Assembly (NCBI GenBank): GCA_014378715.1
Contig: JACMNE010000004.1
Location: forward strand, 7,725-71,724
DNA: 64,000 nucleotides
Reading direction: 5' to 3'
Source of the DNA: Microbacteriaceae bacterium
GTDB taxonomy: Bacteria > Actinomycetota > Actinomycetes > Actinomycetales > Microbacteriaceae
Made by a program: the position numbers and the translations under genes. Position 1 is the stretch's first letter; every line of letters starts with the position of its first letter. Below the pieces are notes generated by a model. The model had not been told where the DNA came from. It searched no databases and saw only the letters and a program-made list of their open reading frames with translations. Positions 10,033 to 21,617 of the stretch are shown here, piece after piece.

Positions 10033-11753
10033 CAGGAATCCTTGCCCGTGCTCGATGAGGTCGTTCCCGCGCGCTCGGCGGCCTTGCGTTCCGCGATGGT
10101 CTGGCGTTTGATCGCCTCGCGGCTGCTCGATGACACTTTGCCGACCGGGAGGTCCTGCACGCGGAACGTCGCGCGGCCGCGGTAGACGGCACCGAGCGCG
10201 CGCGGGTCGAGCCCGCTCGCCTTGTGGCCCTCGCTGAAGAACCTGGTGCGGCCGATGAGCTGCAGCAGCGGGTGGGTGAAGAGCGAGACGACGATGAGGT
10301 CGACGATCGTCGTGATGCCGAGCGTGAGCGCGAAACCGCGCACGTTACCGACGGCGAGGATGAACAGGATCGCGGCGGCGAGGAAGTTGACCGCGTCGGA
10401 CGCGAGGATCGTGCGCACCGCGCGTTTCCAGCCGGCTTCGATCGCGGAGCCGAGTATCCTCCCGTCCCGGAGCTCGTCCCTGATCCTCTCGAAGTAGACG
10501 ATGAACGAGTCCGCTGTGATCCCAATGGCCACGATGAGGCCCGCGACACCTGCGAGCGATAGCCGATACCCCTCATTCGACGAGAGGTAGGTGACCACGA
10601 GGTAGGTGATCCCCGCGGCGATCACGAGCGACGCGATCGTCACCAGCCCGAGCATCCGGTACTGGAAGATCGAGTAGACGACGACCAGGATGAGGCCGAT
10701 CAGGCCGGCGAGGAGCCCGCCCTGCAGTTGGCTCGAGCCGAGGGTGGCCGAGATGATGTCGGAGCTCTGCACCTGGAAGCCGATCGGCAGTGCGCCGAAC
10801 TTCAGTTGGTCGGCGAGGGCCTTCGAGCTGTCCTGGGTGAACGATCCGGTGATCTGGGCCTTGCCGTCGGTGATGATGGCGTTCGAGGCCGGCGCGGTGA
10901 TGACCCGGCCGTCGAGGACGATAGCGAACTGGTTCTGCGCGCCGGTGAGGCCGTTGAGGCGGGTGGTGACCTCGGCGAACTGAGTGGTGCCGGTGCCGTC
11001 GAACTCGAGGTTGACTCCCCAGACGTTGGTGACGGCGCCCTGGGCGTTGGGCACCAAGCCGGCGCTGGCATTCGTGATGTTCGCACCCTCGACCTCGACC
11101 GGTCCGAGGATGAACTTTGCCGCGCCGGTGGCGTCACAGGTGACGATCGGCTGATCGGTCGGCGCCGTGTTGAGGCTCAGTGAGTCGATCGTCCCGCAGT
11201 CGAAGTTCGTGAACTGGTCCAGCAGTGCCGGCGTGATGTAGTTGAGGTCGCTCGCGTTGGTCGGGCTGATGCTCGGGGTGGCCTCGAGCGGAGCGGCGTT
11301 CGGGTCGGAGGGCGAGGGACTCACGGGCAGGCCGTCGGCCCCGACGGCGCTGGTGGCCGCGGCATCCGTCACGAGCACCGGGCGGAACTCGAGCTTCGCG
11401 GAGGACTCAATGCGGTTGAGCGTCTCCTGGTCTGGCGTGCCCGGGATGGAGACGACGATGTTCTGCGACCCCTGGGTGTTGATCTCCGGCTCGGAGACAC
11501 CGCTGGCATCGATGCGCTGGCGGATGATCGCCACGGCCTGGTCGAGCTGCTCCGCCGACACCGTCGCGCCGCTCTCCAACTGCGGCGCGAGGATGATCTG
11601 CGTGCCGCCCTCCAGGTCGAGCGCGAGCTTCGGCGTCCACGACCCGTTCGAGAAAGCGACGGACGCGCCGTTCGCCGCGATCAGGGCCGCGACGATCACC
11701 ACGAGCCACGTGAGTGATCTCAACGCCTTCTTTGCCGGAGTCGTTCTTGCCAC
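10032..11753 (-). CDS. secD: Protein translocase subunit SecD
   Basis: 573 aa with a large periplasmic loop followed by an RND-like 6-TM bundle (GYRLSLAGVAGLIVAIGITADSFIVYFERIRDE). Confidence 0.93.
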   Translation of the reverse strand: MARTTPAKKALRSLTWLVVIVAALIAANGASVAFSNGSWTPKLALDLEGGTQIILAPQLESGATVSAEQLDQAVAIIRQRIDASGVSEPEINTQGSQNIVVSIPGTPDQETLNRIESSAKLEFRPVLVTDAAATSAVGADGLPVSPSPSDPNAAPLEATPSISPTNASDLNYITPALLDQFTNFDCGTIDSLSLNTAPTDQPIVTCDATGAAKFILGPVEVEGANITNASAGLVPNAQGAVTNVWGVNLEFDGTGTTQFAEVTTRLNGLTGAQNQFAIVLDGRVITAPASNAIITDGKAQITGSFTQDSSKALADQLKFGALPIGFQVQSSDIISATLGSSQLQGGLLAGLIGLILVVVYSIFQYRMLGLVTIASLVIAAGITYLVVTYLSSNEGYRLSLAGVAGLIVAIGITADSFIVYFERIRDELRDGRILGSAIEAGWKRAVRTILASDAVNFLAAAILFILAVGNVRGFALTLGITTIVDLIVVSLFTHPLLQLIGRTRFFSEGHKASGLDPRALGAVYRGRATFRVQDLPVGKVSSSSREAIKRQTIAERKAAERAGTTSSSTGKDS

Positions 11754-11858
11754 CAGGGAACTCAGCTTTCTCTGCGGGCGAGGGCACCACGATGCGCCTC
11801 ACCCATGATGGGTCCAACGCGCGACGACCGCGCGGTGGACTCGGGTCGAACTGGTTTT

Positions 11859-12293
11859 CTACTCGCCGGACTTCTTGGCCGGGTCGGTCGACCCGGTGGC
11901 CGCATCGTCCGTGCTGGTGGTGTCCGTGGCATCCGCTTCGACACGCTCGCCGAACTCGGGCTCGCCCGAGACGAGCGCGTCGGTGGAGTCCTCATCGAGC
12001 GCCTCGGCGTCGTCGACGGCGTTGGGCACGACCGCGTAGTCGGCGACCTTGAGGATCGTCTGGCGGTGGATCATCAGGACGGTGCCGGGGGTGGTCTCGA
12101 TCGTCGCGACGTTGGTGTCCTCGTCGAGGGTGAGGATCGTGCCGTAGAGGCCGTAGTTGGTCATGATCTCGACGCCGGGCACGAACTTCGTCTGGCGCTC
12201 CTCGGTCTCACGCTTGCGCTTGCGACCCTGGAAGACCTGGAAGACGATGAACGCGCCGAGGGCGACGACGAGGAGAATAAGTGTGGGATCCAT
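11859..12293 (-). CDS. yajC: Preprotein translocase subunit YajC, with acidic C-terminal extension
   Basis: N-terminal TM helix plus YajC core (GVEIMTNYGLYGTILTLDEDTNVATIETTPGTVLMIHRQTI). Confidence 0.85.
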   Translation of the reverse strand: MDPTLILLVVALGAFIVFQVFQGRKRKRETEERQTKFVPGVEIMTNYGLYGTILTLDEDTNVATIETTPGTVLMIHRQTILKVADYAVVPNAVDDAEALDEDSTDALVSGEPEFGERVEADATDTTSTDDAATGSTDPAKKSGE

Positions 12294-12384
12294 ACGTGGA
12301 ACGACCCTTCCGGGGTGTGCATTGGGGCTTGCGATGAATGGGGGCCTTCGCGGCCCGCGTCACGGCCGGTGAGGCCAAATTGAA

Positions 12385-13425
12385 TTATAGGTCATCCGGA
12401 AGCAGGCCGAGGCTGGAGCGATCGATGCCGAAGTGCTTCCACGCGAGGCGCGTGGCGACGCGGCCGCGCGGGGTGCGGGTCAGTAGTCCGATCCGGACGA
12501 GGAAGGGCTCCACCACCGACTCGATCGTCTCGGCCTCCTCGCCCACCGAGACGGCCAGCGTGTTGAGGCCGACCGGCCCGCCGTCGAAGCGGGTGAGGAT
12601 GATGTTCATGACCTCGCGGTCGAGCCGGTCGAGCCCGAGCTCGTCGACGTCGTAGAGGTCGAGGGCTCCGTGGACGGCGGCCAGTCCCGCTCCTCCCCCG
12701 TGCACGAGCGCGTAGTCACGTACCCGACGCAGCAGGCGGTTCGCGATTCTCGGGGTTCCCCGGCAGCGGCCGGCGATCTCGGCCAGGGCCGAGCGGTCGA
12801 TCGGCAGGTCGAGCAGTGAGGCTGCACGGACGAGCACCTGCTCGAGCTCTGACTCGGCGTAGAACTCGAGGTGGGCGGTGAAGCCGAACCGGTCGCGCAG
12901 CGGGTTGGGCAGCAGACCCGAGCGGGTGGTGGCACCGACGAGGGTGAACGGCGAGAGGTCGAGCGGGATCGAGGTGGCCCCTGCACCCTTGCCGACCATG
13001 ATGTCGATGCGGAAGTCCTCCATGGCGAGGTAGAGCATCTCCTCGGCGGGGCGCGCCATCCGGTGGATCTCGTCGATGAAGAGGATCTCGCCCGGCACGA
13101 GCGACGACAGCACCGCGGCCAGGTCGCCCGCGTGCTGGATCGCCGGTCCGCTCGACATCCGCAGGGGTCGGCCGCTCTCCTCCGCCACGATCATGGCGAG
13201 TGTGGTCTTGCCCAGTCCTGGCGGGCCGGCGAGCAGGATGTGATCGGGGGTGCGGTTCTGCAGCGCGGCGGCCTGCAGCAGCAGCTGCAGCTGGGCGCGC
13301 ACCTTCACTTGGCCGACGAACTCGGCAAGGCTCTTGGGGCGCAGAGCGCCCTCGAAGGCGAGCTCGGCCTCGGACTCGGGGGTGGGGCTGACGATCTTCA
13401 CCGAGGGGTCGTCTGATCCGGTCAT
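12385..13425 (-). CDS. ruvB: Holliday junction branch migration DNA helicase RuvB
   Basis: The 624-aa ORF was trimmed to ATG 13425 ([15 protein letters not shown]...). Walker [35 protein letters not shown]. 4-nt overlap with ruvA. Confidence 0.93.
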   Translation of the reverse strand: MTGSDDPSVKIVSPTPESEAELAFEGALRPKSLAEFVGQVKVRAQLQLLLQAAALQNRTPDHILLAGPPGLGKTTLAMIVAEESGRPLRMSSGPAIQHAGDLAAVLSSLVPGEILFIDEIHRMARPAEEMLYLAMEDFRIDIMVGKGAGATSIPLDLSPFTLVGATTRSGLLPNPLRDRFGFTAHLEFYAESELEQVLVRAASLLDLPIDRSALAEIAGRCRGTPRIANRLLRRVRDYALVHGGGAGLAAVHGALDLYDVDELGLDRLDREVMNIILTRFDGGPVGLNTLAVSVGEEAETIESVVEPFLVRIGLLTRTPRGRVATRLAWKHFGIDRSSLGLLPDDL

Positions 13426-14030
13426 CGGGCGGTCCCCGGGCCGAGGCGGGTCAGGGCGATGCGCAGCAGCGCGGGAACGCTCGCCAGCGCGGTCTCCGGT
13501 GCGTCGGCGACCGCCTCGTCGACGGCCTGCGCGGCGACCCGCTCCGACCAGCCGAGCCCGACGAGGGCGATGAGCACGTTGTCGCTGATCGACGTGGTCG
13601 TCGCCTTGGCCGGGGCAGCGGATGCCTCGAAGGCCTGCATCTTTCCAGCGAGTGACAAGACGATGAGCTTCGCGGTCTTCGGCCCGATGCCGGAGACCTT
13701 GCGGAAGGCGCCGTCGTTTTCGGTGCCGACCGCGGAGGAGATCTCGCCCGGGGTCATGGCGGAGAGCACCCCGATGGCCGACCGCGGGCCGACGCCGGTG
13801 ACGCCGCGGAGCAGGTCGAAGACGGCGAGCTCCTCGCGGGTGGCGAAGCCGAAGAGGGCAAGGTCGTCCTCGCGGACGATCAGTGCAGTGTGCAGCATGG
13901 CCTCCGAGCCGATCCGCATCCCGAGCGCCTGCTGCGCAGTGACCCCTACCGCGAGGCCCACTCCCCCGACCTCGATGACGGCGGTGGTTCCGGCGACGGC
14001 GATCGCGATGCCGCGAACTGAGGAGATCAT
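13422..14030 (-). CDS. ruvA: Holliday junction DNA helicase RuvA
   Basis: 202 aa, [28 protein letters not shown]..., HhH motifs ([13 protein letters not shown]). Confidence 0.9.
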   Translation of the reverse strand: MISSVRGIAIAVAGTTAVIEVGGVGLAVGVTAQQALGMRIGSEAMLHTALIVREDDLALFGFATREELAVFDLLRGVTGVGPRSAIGVLSAMTPGEISSAVGTENDGAFRKVSGIGPKTAKLIVLSLAGKMQAFEASAAPAKATTTSISDNVLIALVGLGWSERVAAQAVDEAVADAPETALASVPALLRIALTRLGPGTAR

Positions 14031-14608
14031 CTGGCCAGCCTACGTTTGGCCGGGGACATCGCCGCGCGTTCAGCGGCGAGCCAGGCCTCCTGCGCCTTCG
14101 TGGGGGCGCCGGCCGTCGGGGCGATGGCAGCCCCCCGCTTCCAGGCGTGGCAGATCGCGATGGCGAGGGCATCCGCGGCATCGGCTGGCCCCGGGATGGA
14201 GTCGAGGCCGAGAACCCGGGCGACCATGGCCCCGACTTGCTTCTTGTCGGCTGCGCCATAGCCGGTGATCGCGGCCTTGACCTCGGAGGGGGTGTGCAGT
14301 CCGACGGCGAGACCGCGCTTGGCCGCCGCGTGGAGGGCGACGCCGCTGACCTGGGCCGTGCCCATCACGGTTCCCAGGTTCTGCTGTGCGAAGACGCGCT
14401 CGAGCGAGACGGCGTGCGGGGCGAACCGGTCGAGGAGTTCCTCGATGCCGGTGCCGATCGCGAGCAGGCGCTGTTCGAGAGGCATGTCGGGCGGGGTGCG
14501 CAGCACCGCGACGTCGACGAGGGTGGCCCGGCGGGTGCCGTCGACGTCGACGATTCCGACCCCGCACCGGGTGAGGCCGGGGTCGATCCCGAGAACCCGG
14601 ATCGTCAC
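14027..14608 (-). CDS. ruvC: Crossover junction endodeoxyribonuclease RuvC
   Basis: 193 aa, [17 protein letters not shown], and C-terminal [12 protein letters not shown] motif. Confidence 0.92.
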   Translation of the reverse strand: MTIRVLGIDPGLTRCGVGIVDVDGTRRATLVDVAVLRTPPDMPLEQRLLAIGTGIEELLDRFAPHAVSLERVFAQQNLGTVMGTAQVSGVALHAAAKRGLAVGLHTPSEVKAAITGYGAADKKQVGAMVARVLGLDSIPGPADAADALAIAICHAWKRGAAIAPTAGAPTKAQEAWLAAERAAMSPAKRRLAR

Positions 14609-14611
14609 CGG

Positions 14612-15370
14612 TCAGTCGTTGTCGAGCTCGGCGAGGACGTCCGAGTGCACGTCGTAGTTGCCATAGACGTTCTGCACGTCGTCGTTGTCCTCGAGGGCGT
14701 CGACGAGGCGGAAGACCTTGCGGGCCGTCTCGGCGTCGACCTCGACGAGTACCTGCGGCACGAACTCGATGTCGGCCGACTCGTAGTCGATGCCCGCGCT
14801 CTGCAGCGCGGTGCGCGCCGCGACGAGCGACGACGGGTCGGTGATGATGTCGAAGCCCTCTCCGCGGTCGTTGACCTCCTCGGCCCCGGCGTCGAGCACG
14901 GCCGCGAGGATGTCGTCCTCGGTGAGCGCGTCGACCTTGCGGACACCGATGACGCCCTTGCGGTGGAAGTTGTAGGCGACGCTGCCGGGGTCGGCGAGTG
15001 TACCGCCATTGCGGGTCATGATGGCGCGCACATCAGCTGCGGCACGGTTGCGGTTGTCGGTGAGGCACTCGACGAGAAGCGCGACGCCGTTGGGGGCGTA
15101 GGCCTCGTAGACGATCGTCTGGTAGTCGACCGCTTCACCGAGCTGGCCCGACCCGCGCTTCACCGCTCGGTTGATGTTGTCGATCGGCACCGAGGTCTTC
15201 TTGGCCTTCTGGATGGCGTCGACGAGAGTCGGGTTGCCCGAGAGGTCGGCACCGCCCATCTTGGCGGCGACTTCGATGTTCTTCACCAGCTTGGCGAACG
15301 ACTTCGCGCGACGCGAGTCGATGATTGCCTTCTTATGCTTGGTGGTTGCCCACTTGGAGTGGCCTGACAT
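14612..15370 (-). CDS. YebC/PmpR family DNA-binding transcriptional regulator
   Basis: 252 aa, [28 protein letters not shown]... (family signature). Confidence 0.92.
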   Translation of the reverse strand: MSGHSKWATTKHKKAIIDSRRAKSFAKLVKNIEVAAKMGGADLSGNPTLVDAIQKAKKTSVPIDNINRAVKRGSGQLGEAVDYQTIVYEAYAPNGVALLVECLTDNRNRAAADVRAIMTRNGGTLADPGSVAYNFHRKGVIGVRKVDALTEDDILAAVLDAGAEEVNDRGEGFDIITDPSSLVAARTALQSAGIDYESADIEFVPQVLVEVDAETARKVFRLVDALEDNDDVQNVYGNYDVHSDVLAELDND

Positions 15371-15422
15371 AGTGCTCCTTCGTCGACTTTCCAGACAGCC
15401 CAGTCTAAGACAGGGTCGGTGT

Positions 15423-16031
15423 TCAGCGGCGCTCGCGCGCCGTGTCGACGAGGTCGAGGAAGAGTTCGTGGAAGCGCGTCTCGCCGTTCATCTCGGGGTG
15501 GAACGAGGTTCCGAGCAGGTTTCCCTGCCTGGCGGCGACGATCCGCCCGTCGCCGAGGGTCGCGAGGGCCTCGACAGCTGGGCCGGCCGCGGTGATGACC
15601 GGCGCGCGGATGAACACGGCGTGCACGGGGGGCGCGCCGAGGGTCTCAATCGTGAGGTCCGCCTCGAACGATTCCGCCTGGGTGCCGAAGGCATTGCGCT
15701 GCACGGTGATATCGAACCCACCGATGCTCTGCTGCCCCGGTGCTGCCCCGTCGATGCGGTCGGCCAGCAGGATGAGCCCGGCGCAGGTGCCGTAGACCGG
15801 CAAGCCGGCGTCGATGGCCGCCCGGAGCGGCCCGGCGAGTCCGAACACCCGGGACAGCTTGTCCATCACGGTGGACTCCCCGCCGGGGATCACGAGCCCG
15901 TCGGCCGCACCGAGCTCCGACGCCCGGCGCACGGGGTGTGCGTCGGCGCCGAGCCCGGTGAGGACGGCGAGGTGTTCCCGGAAATCGCCCTGGAGGGCGA
16001 GCACTCCGATTCGCGGAGTTCTACCAGCCAC
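15423..16031 (-). CDS. pdxT: Pyridoxal 5'-phosphate synthase glutaminase subunit PdxT
   Basis: 202 aa, [14 protein letters not shown], nucleophile motif [10 protein letters not shown]. Overlaps the pdxS 3' end. Confidence 0.92.
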   Translation of the reverse strand: MAGRTPRIGVLALQGDFREHLAVLTGLGADAHPVRRASELGAADGLVIPGGESTVMDKLSRVFGLAGPLRAAIDAGLPVYGTCAGLILLADRIDGAAPGQQSIGGFDITVQRNAFGTQAESFEADLTIETLGAPPVHAVFIRAPVITAAGPAVEALATLGDGRIVAARQGNLLGTSFHPEMNGETRFHELFLDLVDTARERR

Positions 16032-16923
16032 GTGTCGCGAGGCGGTGCGGGGCGGGGAGGTCGGACACGTTGATGCCCACGATTGCCTCGCCGAGTCCGC
16101 GGGATGCCTCGGCGATGACGGCCGGGTCGTCGAAGAACGTGGTCGCCTTGACGATCGCGGCGGCGCGGGCGACGGGGTTGCCCGACTTGAAGATGCCGGA
16201 TCCCACGAACACGCCGTCGGCTCCGAGCTGCATCATCATGGCGGCGTCGGCCGGGGTGGCCACACCCCCGGCGGTGAACAGCACGACGGGGAGCTTGCCG
16301 GTGCGGGCGACCTCGAGGACGAGGTCGTAGGGGGCCTGCAGGTCTTTGGCCGCGACATACAGCTCGTCGTGGCTCTTGGCGCTGAGCGCCGCGATCTCTG
16401 CCTTGATCGTGCGGATGTGCTTGGTCGCCTCGGAGACATCGCCGGTGCCGGCCTCGCCCTTCGAGCGGATCATCGCTGCGCCCTCGTTGATGCGACGGAG
16501 CGCTTCGCCGAGGTTGGTGGCGCCGCAGACGAAGGGGATCTGGAACTTCCACTTGTCGATGTGGTTGACGTAGTCGGCGGGGCTCAGCACTTCGGACCCG
16601 TCGATGTAGTCGACGCCGAGAGCACCGAGGATCTGCGCCTCGACGAAGTGGCCGATGCGGGCCTTCGCCATGACGGGGATCGACACGACATCGCGGATGC
16701 CGTCGATCAGGTCGGGGTCGCTCATGCGGGCGACGCCTCCCTGGGCGCGGATGTCGGCCGGGATGCGCTCGAGCGCCATGACGGCGACGGCTCCCGCGTC
16801 TTCTGCTATACGCGCCTGCTCGGCGTTGACGACGTCCATGATGACGCCCCCCTTGAGCATTTCGGCGAGGCCCCGCTTGACTCGGCTCGTGCCGAACTGG
16901 TCGTGTGTGGTGGTGTCACTCAT
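16021..16923 (-). CDS. pdxS: Pyridoxal 5'-phosphate synthase lyase subunit PdxS
   Basis: 300 aa, [39 protein letters not shown]. Confidence 0.95.
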   Translation of the reverse strand: MSDTTTHDQFGTSRVKRGLAEMLKGGVIMDVVNAEQARIAEDAGAVAVMALERIPADIRAQGGVARMSDPDLIDGIRDVVSIPVMAKARIGHFVEAQILGALGVDYIDGSEVLSPADYVNHIDKWKFQIPFVCGATNLGEALRRINEGAAMIRSKGEAGTGDVSEATKHIRTIKAEIAALSAKSHDELYVAAKDLQAPYDLVLEVARTGKLPVVLFTAGGVATPADAAMMMQLGADGVFVGSGIFKSGNPVARAAAIVKATTFFDDPAVIAEASRGLGEAIVGINVSDLPAPHRLATRGW

Positions 16924-16935
16924 TGTGTGTGTACT

Positions 16936-17532
16936 CTACTCCGCGGTTGCTGTGTGGTCGGCTGGTGACGAGGGGGGCCAGGCATCCGCGATGGATTGGC
17001 GGACGTCTCCCAGGATCTGAGGCAGCGCCTTGGTCTTGGCGATGATCGGGAAGAAGTTCGAGTCGAGGGCCCAGCGCGGCACGATGTGCTGGTGGAGGTG
17101 ATCGGCGATACCTGCACCGGCGATGCGGCCCTGGTTCATTCCGAGGTTGAAGCCGTCGGAACGGGACACTTGGCGGATGACGCGCATCGCCGTCTGGGTG
17201 AGGCTGCCGATCTCGGCGACCTCCTCCGGGGACGCCTCGTCGTACTGGGCGATGTGACGGTAGGGGCAGACGAGCAGGTGACCGCTGTTGTAGGGGAACA
17301 GGTTGAGCAGCACGTAGGCGTGGGTTCCTCGGGCGACGATGAGGGCGTCCTCATCGGTCATTCCCGGAGCCATGCAGAACGGGCATTCGTGCTCGGGCGG
17401 CTGCTGCCCGTTCTGGATGTAGACCATGCGGTGGGGGGTCCAGAGTCGCTGGAACTCGTCGGGCACACCTGCGATGTCGTAGGACCCGTCCAGACGGATG
17501 CCGTCCAGCTCGTCGTCGCTGACTGGAACCAT
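16936..17532 (-). CDS. HIT family protein (Ap4A phosphorylase-like)
   Basis: 198 aa with histidine triad HLHQHIVPRW. Conserved position downstream of thrS. Confidence 0.85.
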   Translation of the reverse strand: MVPVSDDELDGIRLDGSYDIAGVPDEFQRLWTPHRMVYIQNGQQPPEHECPFCMAPGMTDEDALIVARGTHAYVLLNLFPYNSGHLLVCPYRHIAQYDEASPEEVAEIGSLTQTAMRVIRQVSRSDGFNLGMNQGRIAGAGIADHLHQHIVPRWALDSNFFPIIAKTKALPQILGDVRQSIADAWPPSSPADHTATAE

Positions 17533-17534
17533 CG

Positions 17535-19553
17535 CTACACCTGTGCCTTCGTCTTTATTGCCGTGGTGATGCGCTCGATGGCCTCATCGATCGGCACGCC
17601 GTTGTCCTGGCTGCCGTCGCGGTAGCGGAAGCTGACCGCTCCCGCCGCGCGGTCGTCCTCTCCGACAATGAGCTGGAACGGCACCTTCGCCTTGGTGTGG
17701 GTGCGGATCTTCTTCGGCATCCGGTCGCTCGAGTGGTCGACCTCCGCGCGGACTCCGAGGGCCCGCAGTCGCGCGATCACCCCGTCGAGGTAGGGGCCGT
17801 AGTCCTCGGCGACGGGTATCCCGACGACCTGCACGGGCGACAGCCACACCGGGAAGGCGCCGGCGTAGTGCTCGAGGAGGATCGCGAAGAACCGCTCGAT
17901 GGAGCCGAGCAGCGCGCGGTGGATCATCACCGGCTGCTGCCGGGTGCCGTCGGCCGCCGTGTACTCGAGGTCGAAGCGCTCCGGCTGGTTGAAGTCCAGT
18001 TGCACGGTGGATAGCTGCCAGGTGCGGCCGATCGCGTCGCGCGCCTGCACGGAGATCTTGGGGCCGTAGAAGGCGGCGCCGCCCGGGTCGGAGACGAGCT
18101 CGAGCCCGGACTCCTCGGCGACCTCGCGCAGAGTCTGTGTCGCCTGTTCCCACGCCTCGTCGGACCCGAACGACTTGTCGGGGTTCCGGGTCGACAGCTC
18201 GAGGTAGAAGTTGTCAAGTCCGTAGCCGCGCAGGGTCTCGAACACGAACTCGAGCTGGCTCGCGATCTCGTCGCGCACTTGGTCGGGTGTGACATAGATG
18301 TGGGCATCGTCCTGGGTGAGCCCGCGCACCCGGGTGAGCCCCTGCAGGGTGCCGGACTTCTCGTAACGGTAGACGGTGCCGAACTCGGCCAGGCGCAGCG
18401 GCAACTCACGGTAGCTGCGACCGCGGGCACGGAAGATGAGGTTGTGGAACGGGCAGTTCATCGGCTTCAGATAGTAGTCTTGGCCCTGGCGGGTGACGTG
18501 GCCGTCGGCATCCGTCTCCTCGTCGAGGTGCATCGCCGGGAACATGCCCTCCTTGTACCACTCGAGGTGCCCGCTGGTCTCGAACAGCGAGCCCTTGGTG
18601 ATGTGCGGCGAGTAGACCTGCTCGTAGCCATGGGCGACGAGCCGGTCGCGCATGTAGTTCTCGATCTCGGCGCGGATGATGCCGCCCCGGGGGTGGAACA
18701 CCGCAAGCCCCGAGCCGATCTCGTCGGGGAACGAGAACAGGTCGAGCTCTTGGCCGAGCTTGCGGTGATCGCGCTTGGCGGCCTCCTCGAGCCTGGCCTG
18801 GTAGGCGCGCAGGTCGTCCTTCGTCGGCCAAGCCGTGCCGTACACGCGCTGCAGCTGCGGGTTCTTCTCCGAGCCGCGCCAGTAGGCCGCCGCGGTGCGC
18901 ATCAGGGCGACGCCGTTTCCGATCATGCGGGTGTTGGGCAGGTGCGGGCCGCGGCAGAGGTCTTTCCAGACAGTCTCGCCCGACTTCGGGTCGACGTTGT
19001 CGTAGATGGTGAGCTCGGCTCCCCCGACCTCGACCGACTCGTTGTCCGCCGCGTCTGCCGCGCCGCCCTTGAGGCCGATCAGCTCGAGCTTGTACGGTTC
19101 GTCGGTCAGCTCGGCGCGCGCCTCATCGTCGCTGACGACCCTGCGCACGAATCTCTGACCCGAGCGGATGATGCGCTCCATCGCCTTGTCGATGGCCTTG
19201 ACGTCCTCCGGGGTGAAGGGGGTCGCGACATCGAAGTCGTAGTAGAAGCCGTCCGCGATGGGCGGGCCGATTCCGAGCCTCGCGGCGGGGTTGATCGTCT
19301 GCACCGCCTGCGCGAGCACGTGGGCCGCTGAGTGCCGGAGGATCGCGAGACCGTCAGGCGAGGTGATCGTGACGGGCACGGCGATCTGGTCGGCCGCGAC
19401 GTTCGTGGCGAGGTCCCGCAGCTCGCCGTCGACGCGCATCGCGACGACGCTCCGGTCGGTGAACAGCTCGAATCCGGTCGACTCCACGGTGGCCGTGACC
19501 GGCTCGGGTGCTGACTCGATGACGGCGTTCTCTGGCACGGAATTCTCTGGCAC
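17535..19553 (-). CDS. thrS: Threonine--tRNA ligase
   Basis: Class II ThrRS motifs ([50 protein letters not shown]). ORF trimmed to GTG 19553, with AAGGAG 9 nt upstream. Confidence 0.92.
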   Translation of the reverse strand: MPENSVPENAVIESAPEPVTATVESTGFELFTDRSVVAMRVDGELRDLATNVAADQIAVPVTITSPDGLAILRHSAAHVLAQAVQTINPAARLGIGPPIADGFYYDFDVATPFTPEDVKAIDKAMERIIRSGQRFVRRVVSDDEARAELTDEPYKLELIGLKGGAADAADNESVEVGGAELTIYDNVDPKSGETVWKDLCRGPHLPNTRMIGNGVALMRTAAAYWRGSEKNPQLQRVYGTAWPTKDDLRAYQARLEEAAKRDHRKLGQELDLFSFPDEIGSGLAVFHPRGGIIRAEIENYMRDRLVAHGYEQVYSPHITKGSLFETSGHLEWYKEGMFPAMHLDEETDADGHVTRQGQDYYLKPMNCPFHNLIFRARGRSYRELPLRLAEFGTVYRYEKSGTLQGLTRVRGLTQDDAHIYVTPDQVRDEIASQLEFVFETLRGYGLDNFYLELSTRNPDKSFGSDEAWEQATQTLREVAEESGLELVSDPGGAAFYGPKISVQARDAIGRTWQLSTVQLDFNQPERFDLEYTAADGTRQQPVMIHRALLGSIERFFAILLEHYAGAFPVWLSPVQVVGIPVAEDYGPYLDGVIARLRALGVRAEVDHSSDRMPKKIRTHTKAKVPFQLIVGEDDRAAGAVSFRYRDGSQDNGVPIDEAIERITTAIKTKAQV

Positions 19554-19671
19554 GAGATGCGACTCCTTGTTGCGTGTGGGCACCCCCCACTTTATCTGTG
19601 CACACCGGCAGCGGATGACGGGGACGCCGCCTCGCGACCGGTGCGGCGACGGGGCCAACTGCACCGGGAAA

Positions 19672-19699
19672 CAAAAAAGCCCCGGAAGACCGGGGCTTT
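19672..19699 (-). terminator. Rho-independent terminator of the minus-strand tRNA operon
   Basis: GCCCCGG-AAGA-CCGGGGC hairpin. On the minus strand it is followed by TTTTTTG, directly after tRNA-Val(GAC). Confidence 0.75.
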
Positions 19700-19704
19700 T
19701 CTTG

Positions 19705-19776
19705 TGAGCGATACTGGGATCGAACCAGCGACCTCTTCCGTGTCAGGGAAGCGCGCTACCGCTGCGCCAATCGCTC
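19705..19776 (-). tRNA. tRNA-Val (anticodon GAC)
   Basis: Reverse complement GAGCGATTGGCGCAGCGGTAGCGCGCTTCCCTGACACGGAAGAGGTCGCTGGTTCGATCCCAGTATCGCTCA folds as a cloverleaf. Anticodon loop CTGACAC, T-loop GGTTCGATCC. Confidence 0.9.
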
Positions 19777-19818
19777 AAACTGTGTGAAATTAGTCGTACC
19801 GCGAAGAAAAGTACTGCG

Positions 19819-19889
19819 AGGTGGCGACGGGATTTGAACCCGTGTGGACGGCTTTGCAGGCCGCTGCCTCGCCTCTCGGCCACGCCACC
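19819..19889 (-). tRNA. tRNA-Cys (anticodon GCA)
   Basis: Reverse complement GGTGGCGTGGCCGAGAGGCGAGGCAGCGGCCTGCAAAGCCGTCCACACGGGTTCAAATCCCGTCGCCACCT. Anticodon loop CTGCAAA, discriminator U. Confidence 0.9.
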
Positions 19890-19939
19890 ATGTTGTGGTT
19901 TCCCACTCCACGCAAGCCTGTCACGTGAGTCTTATTTCG

Positions 19940-20011
19940 AGCGGATGACGAGATTCGAACTCGCGACCCTCACCTTGGCAAGGTGATGCGCTACCACTGC
20001 GCCACATCCGC
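19940..20011 (-). tRNA. tRNA-Gly (anticodon GCC)
   Basis: Reverse complement GCGGATGTGGCGCAGTGGTAGCGCATCACCTTGCCAAGGTGAGGGTCGCGAGTTCGAATCTCGTCATCCGCT. Anticodon loop TTGCCAA. Confidence 0.9.
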
Positions 20012-20129
20012 ACACTCGCATTTCTGCGTGCTTGGAGAGACTAGCGGATGCAGCGGCGCTGCGCCAATCGGGTGACACCGTGTCGCGCGAACGGAGGTGG
20101 GCCGCGGGTGTGGCAAGATTGTGGAGTCA

Positions 20130-20202
20130 GGGCGATTGGCGCAGTTGGTAGCGCGCTTCGTTCACACCGAAGAGGTCGTGGGTTCAAGTCCCGCATCGCC
20201 CA
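20130..20202 (+). tRNA. tRNA-Val (anticodon CAC)
   Basis: GGGCGATTGGCGCAGTTGGTAGCGCGCTTCGTTCACACCGAAGAGGTCGTGGGTTCAAGTCCCGCATCGCCCA. Anticodon loop TTCACAC. Confidence 0.9.
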
Positions 20203-20339
20203 CCCTGATCACCATGCCCCCTCGGCCGGCCGTGAAGTCTACGGGCAATTCCCGGGTACGATTCTCTGCCCAACGGCATAGCATTCCTGTTACCGGGCCC
20301 ATCTCTCTTCCGGGTCCGTTCCATCAGGAAAGGAAAACC

Positions 20340-21557
20340 ATGTCGGGAAACAGAGCGGTTGCCTACAAGGCCCCAGGAAAAGTCGAAGTCATCGACATCG
20401 ACTATCCGACTTTCGAACTCAAGGACGGGCCGGGAGTCAACCCGGCCAACGTGGGACGCAAGGTGCCCCACGGCGTGATCGTCAGGACCGTCGCGACCAA
20501 CATCTGCGGCTCGGACCAGCACATGGTCCGTGGGCGCACGACAGCTCCGGCGAACCTCGTGCTCGGTCACGAGATCACCGGTGAGGTCGTCGAGGTCGGC
20601 CCCGGCGTCGAATTCGTCAAGGTGGGCGACATCGTGTCGGTCCCCTTCAACATCTCCTGCGGGCGGTGTCGCAACTGCAAGGAGCGCAAGACGGGCATCT
20701 GCCTGAACGTCAACCCCGACCGCCCTGGCAGCGCGTACGGCTACGTCGACATGGGCGGCTGGGTCGGCGGGCAGGCCGAGTACGTTCTCGTTCCCTACGC
20801 CGACTGGAACCTCCTCGTCTTCCCCGACCGCGACCAGGCGCTCGAGAAGATCATGGACCTCACCATGCTGTCGGACATCTTCCCGACGGGCTTCCACGGG
20901 GCCGTCACGGCCGGTGTGGGCGTCGGATCTACGGTGTACGTCGCCGGGGCTGGCCCCGTCGGCCTCGCGGCCGCCTCAGGCGCGATGCTCCTCGGAGCGG
21001 CGGCGGTCATCGTCGGAGACATGAACGCCGATCGTCTCGCCCAGGCACGCAGCTTCGGCTGCGAGACGATCGACCTCACTCAGGGGGAGATCGCCGACCA
21101 GATCGAGCAGATCCTCGGGGTCCCCGAGGTGGACTGCGGCGTCGACGCCGTGGGCTTCGAGGCGAAGGGCCATGGGAAGGAGGCCGGCGAGGCGCCGGCG
21201 ACGGTGCTCAACTCGCTGATGGACATCACGGCGGCCGGAGGCGCCATGGGCATCCCCGGGCTCTATGTGACCGGCGATCCAGGTGGCATCGACGACGCCG
21301 CGAAGAAGGGCTCGCTGTCGCTGAGCCTCGGCACCGGCTGGGCGAAGTCGCTGTCCTTCACCACCGGGCAGTGCCCGGTGATGAAGTACAACCGGGGGCT
21401 CATGATGGCGATCCTTCACGACCGGGTGCACATCGCCAAGAACGTGAATGCCAAGGCGATCTCGCTCGACGACGCCCCGCGCGGCTACGCGGAATTCGAC
21501 GCGGGAGCCGCGACGAAGTATGTGCTGAACCCGAACGGATACCTCGACGGCAAGTAG
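20340..21557 (+). CDS. fdhA: Glutathione-independent formaldehyde dehydrogenase (Zn-dependent MDR family)
   Basis: ORF 20097..21557 overlaps tRNA-Val, so the start was moved to ATG 20340 (MSGNRAVAYKAPGKVEVIDIDYP) behind AGGAAAGGAAAA. Zn motifs GHEITGEVVEVG and CGRCRNCKERKTGIC; Rossmann VAGAGPVGLAA. Confidence 0.85.
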   Translation: MSGNRAVAYKAPGKVEVIDIDYPTFELKDGPGVNPANVGRKVPHGVIVRTVATNICGSDQHMVRGRTTAPANLVLGHEITGEVVEVGPGVEFVKVGDIVSVPFNISCGRCRNCKERKTGICLNVNPDRPGSAYGYVDMGGWVGGQAEYVLVPYADWNLLVFPDRDQALEKIMDLTMLSDIFPTGFHGAVTAGVGVGSTVYVAGAGPVGLAAASGAMLLGAAAVIVGDMNADRLAQARSFGCETIDLTQGEIADQIEQILGVPEVDCGVDAVGFEAKGHGKEAGEAPATVLNSLMDITAAGGAMGIPGLYVTGDPGGIDDAAKKGSLSLSLGTGWAKSLSFTTGQCPVMKYNRGLMMAILHDRVHIAKNVNAKAISLDDAPRGYAEFDAGAATKYVLNPNGYLDGK

Positions 21558-21617
21558 CACCTGACACAAGCAACGCCCGCCGACTCGATGGTCGGCGACC
21601 ATTGCTGTGCGAGGCGG

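Noticed and set aside
20097-20339. Upstream part of ORF 20097..21557 as the start of fdhA
   Set aside because: It overlaps tRNA-Val(CAC) at 20130-20202. The conserved dehydrogenase N-terminus starts at ATG 20340, which has a purine-rich RBS.
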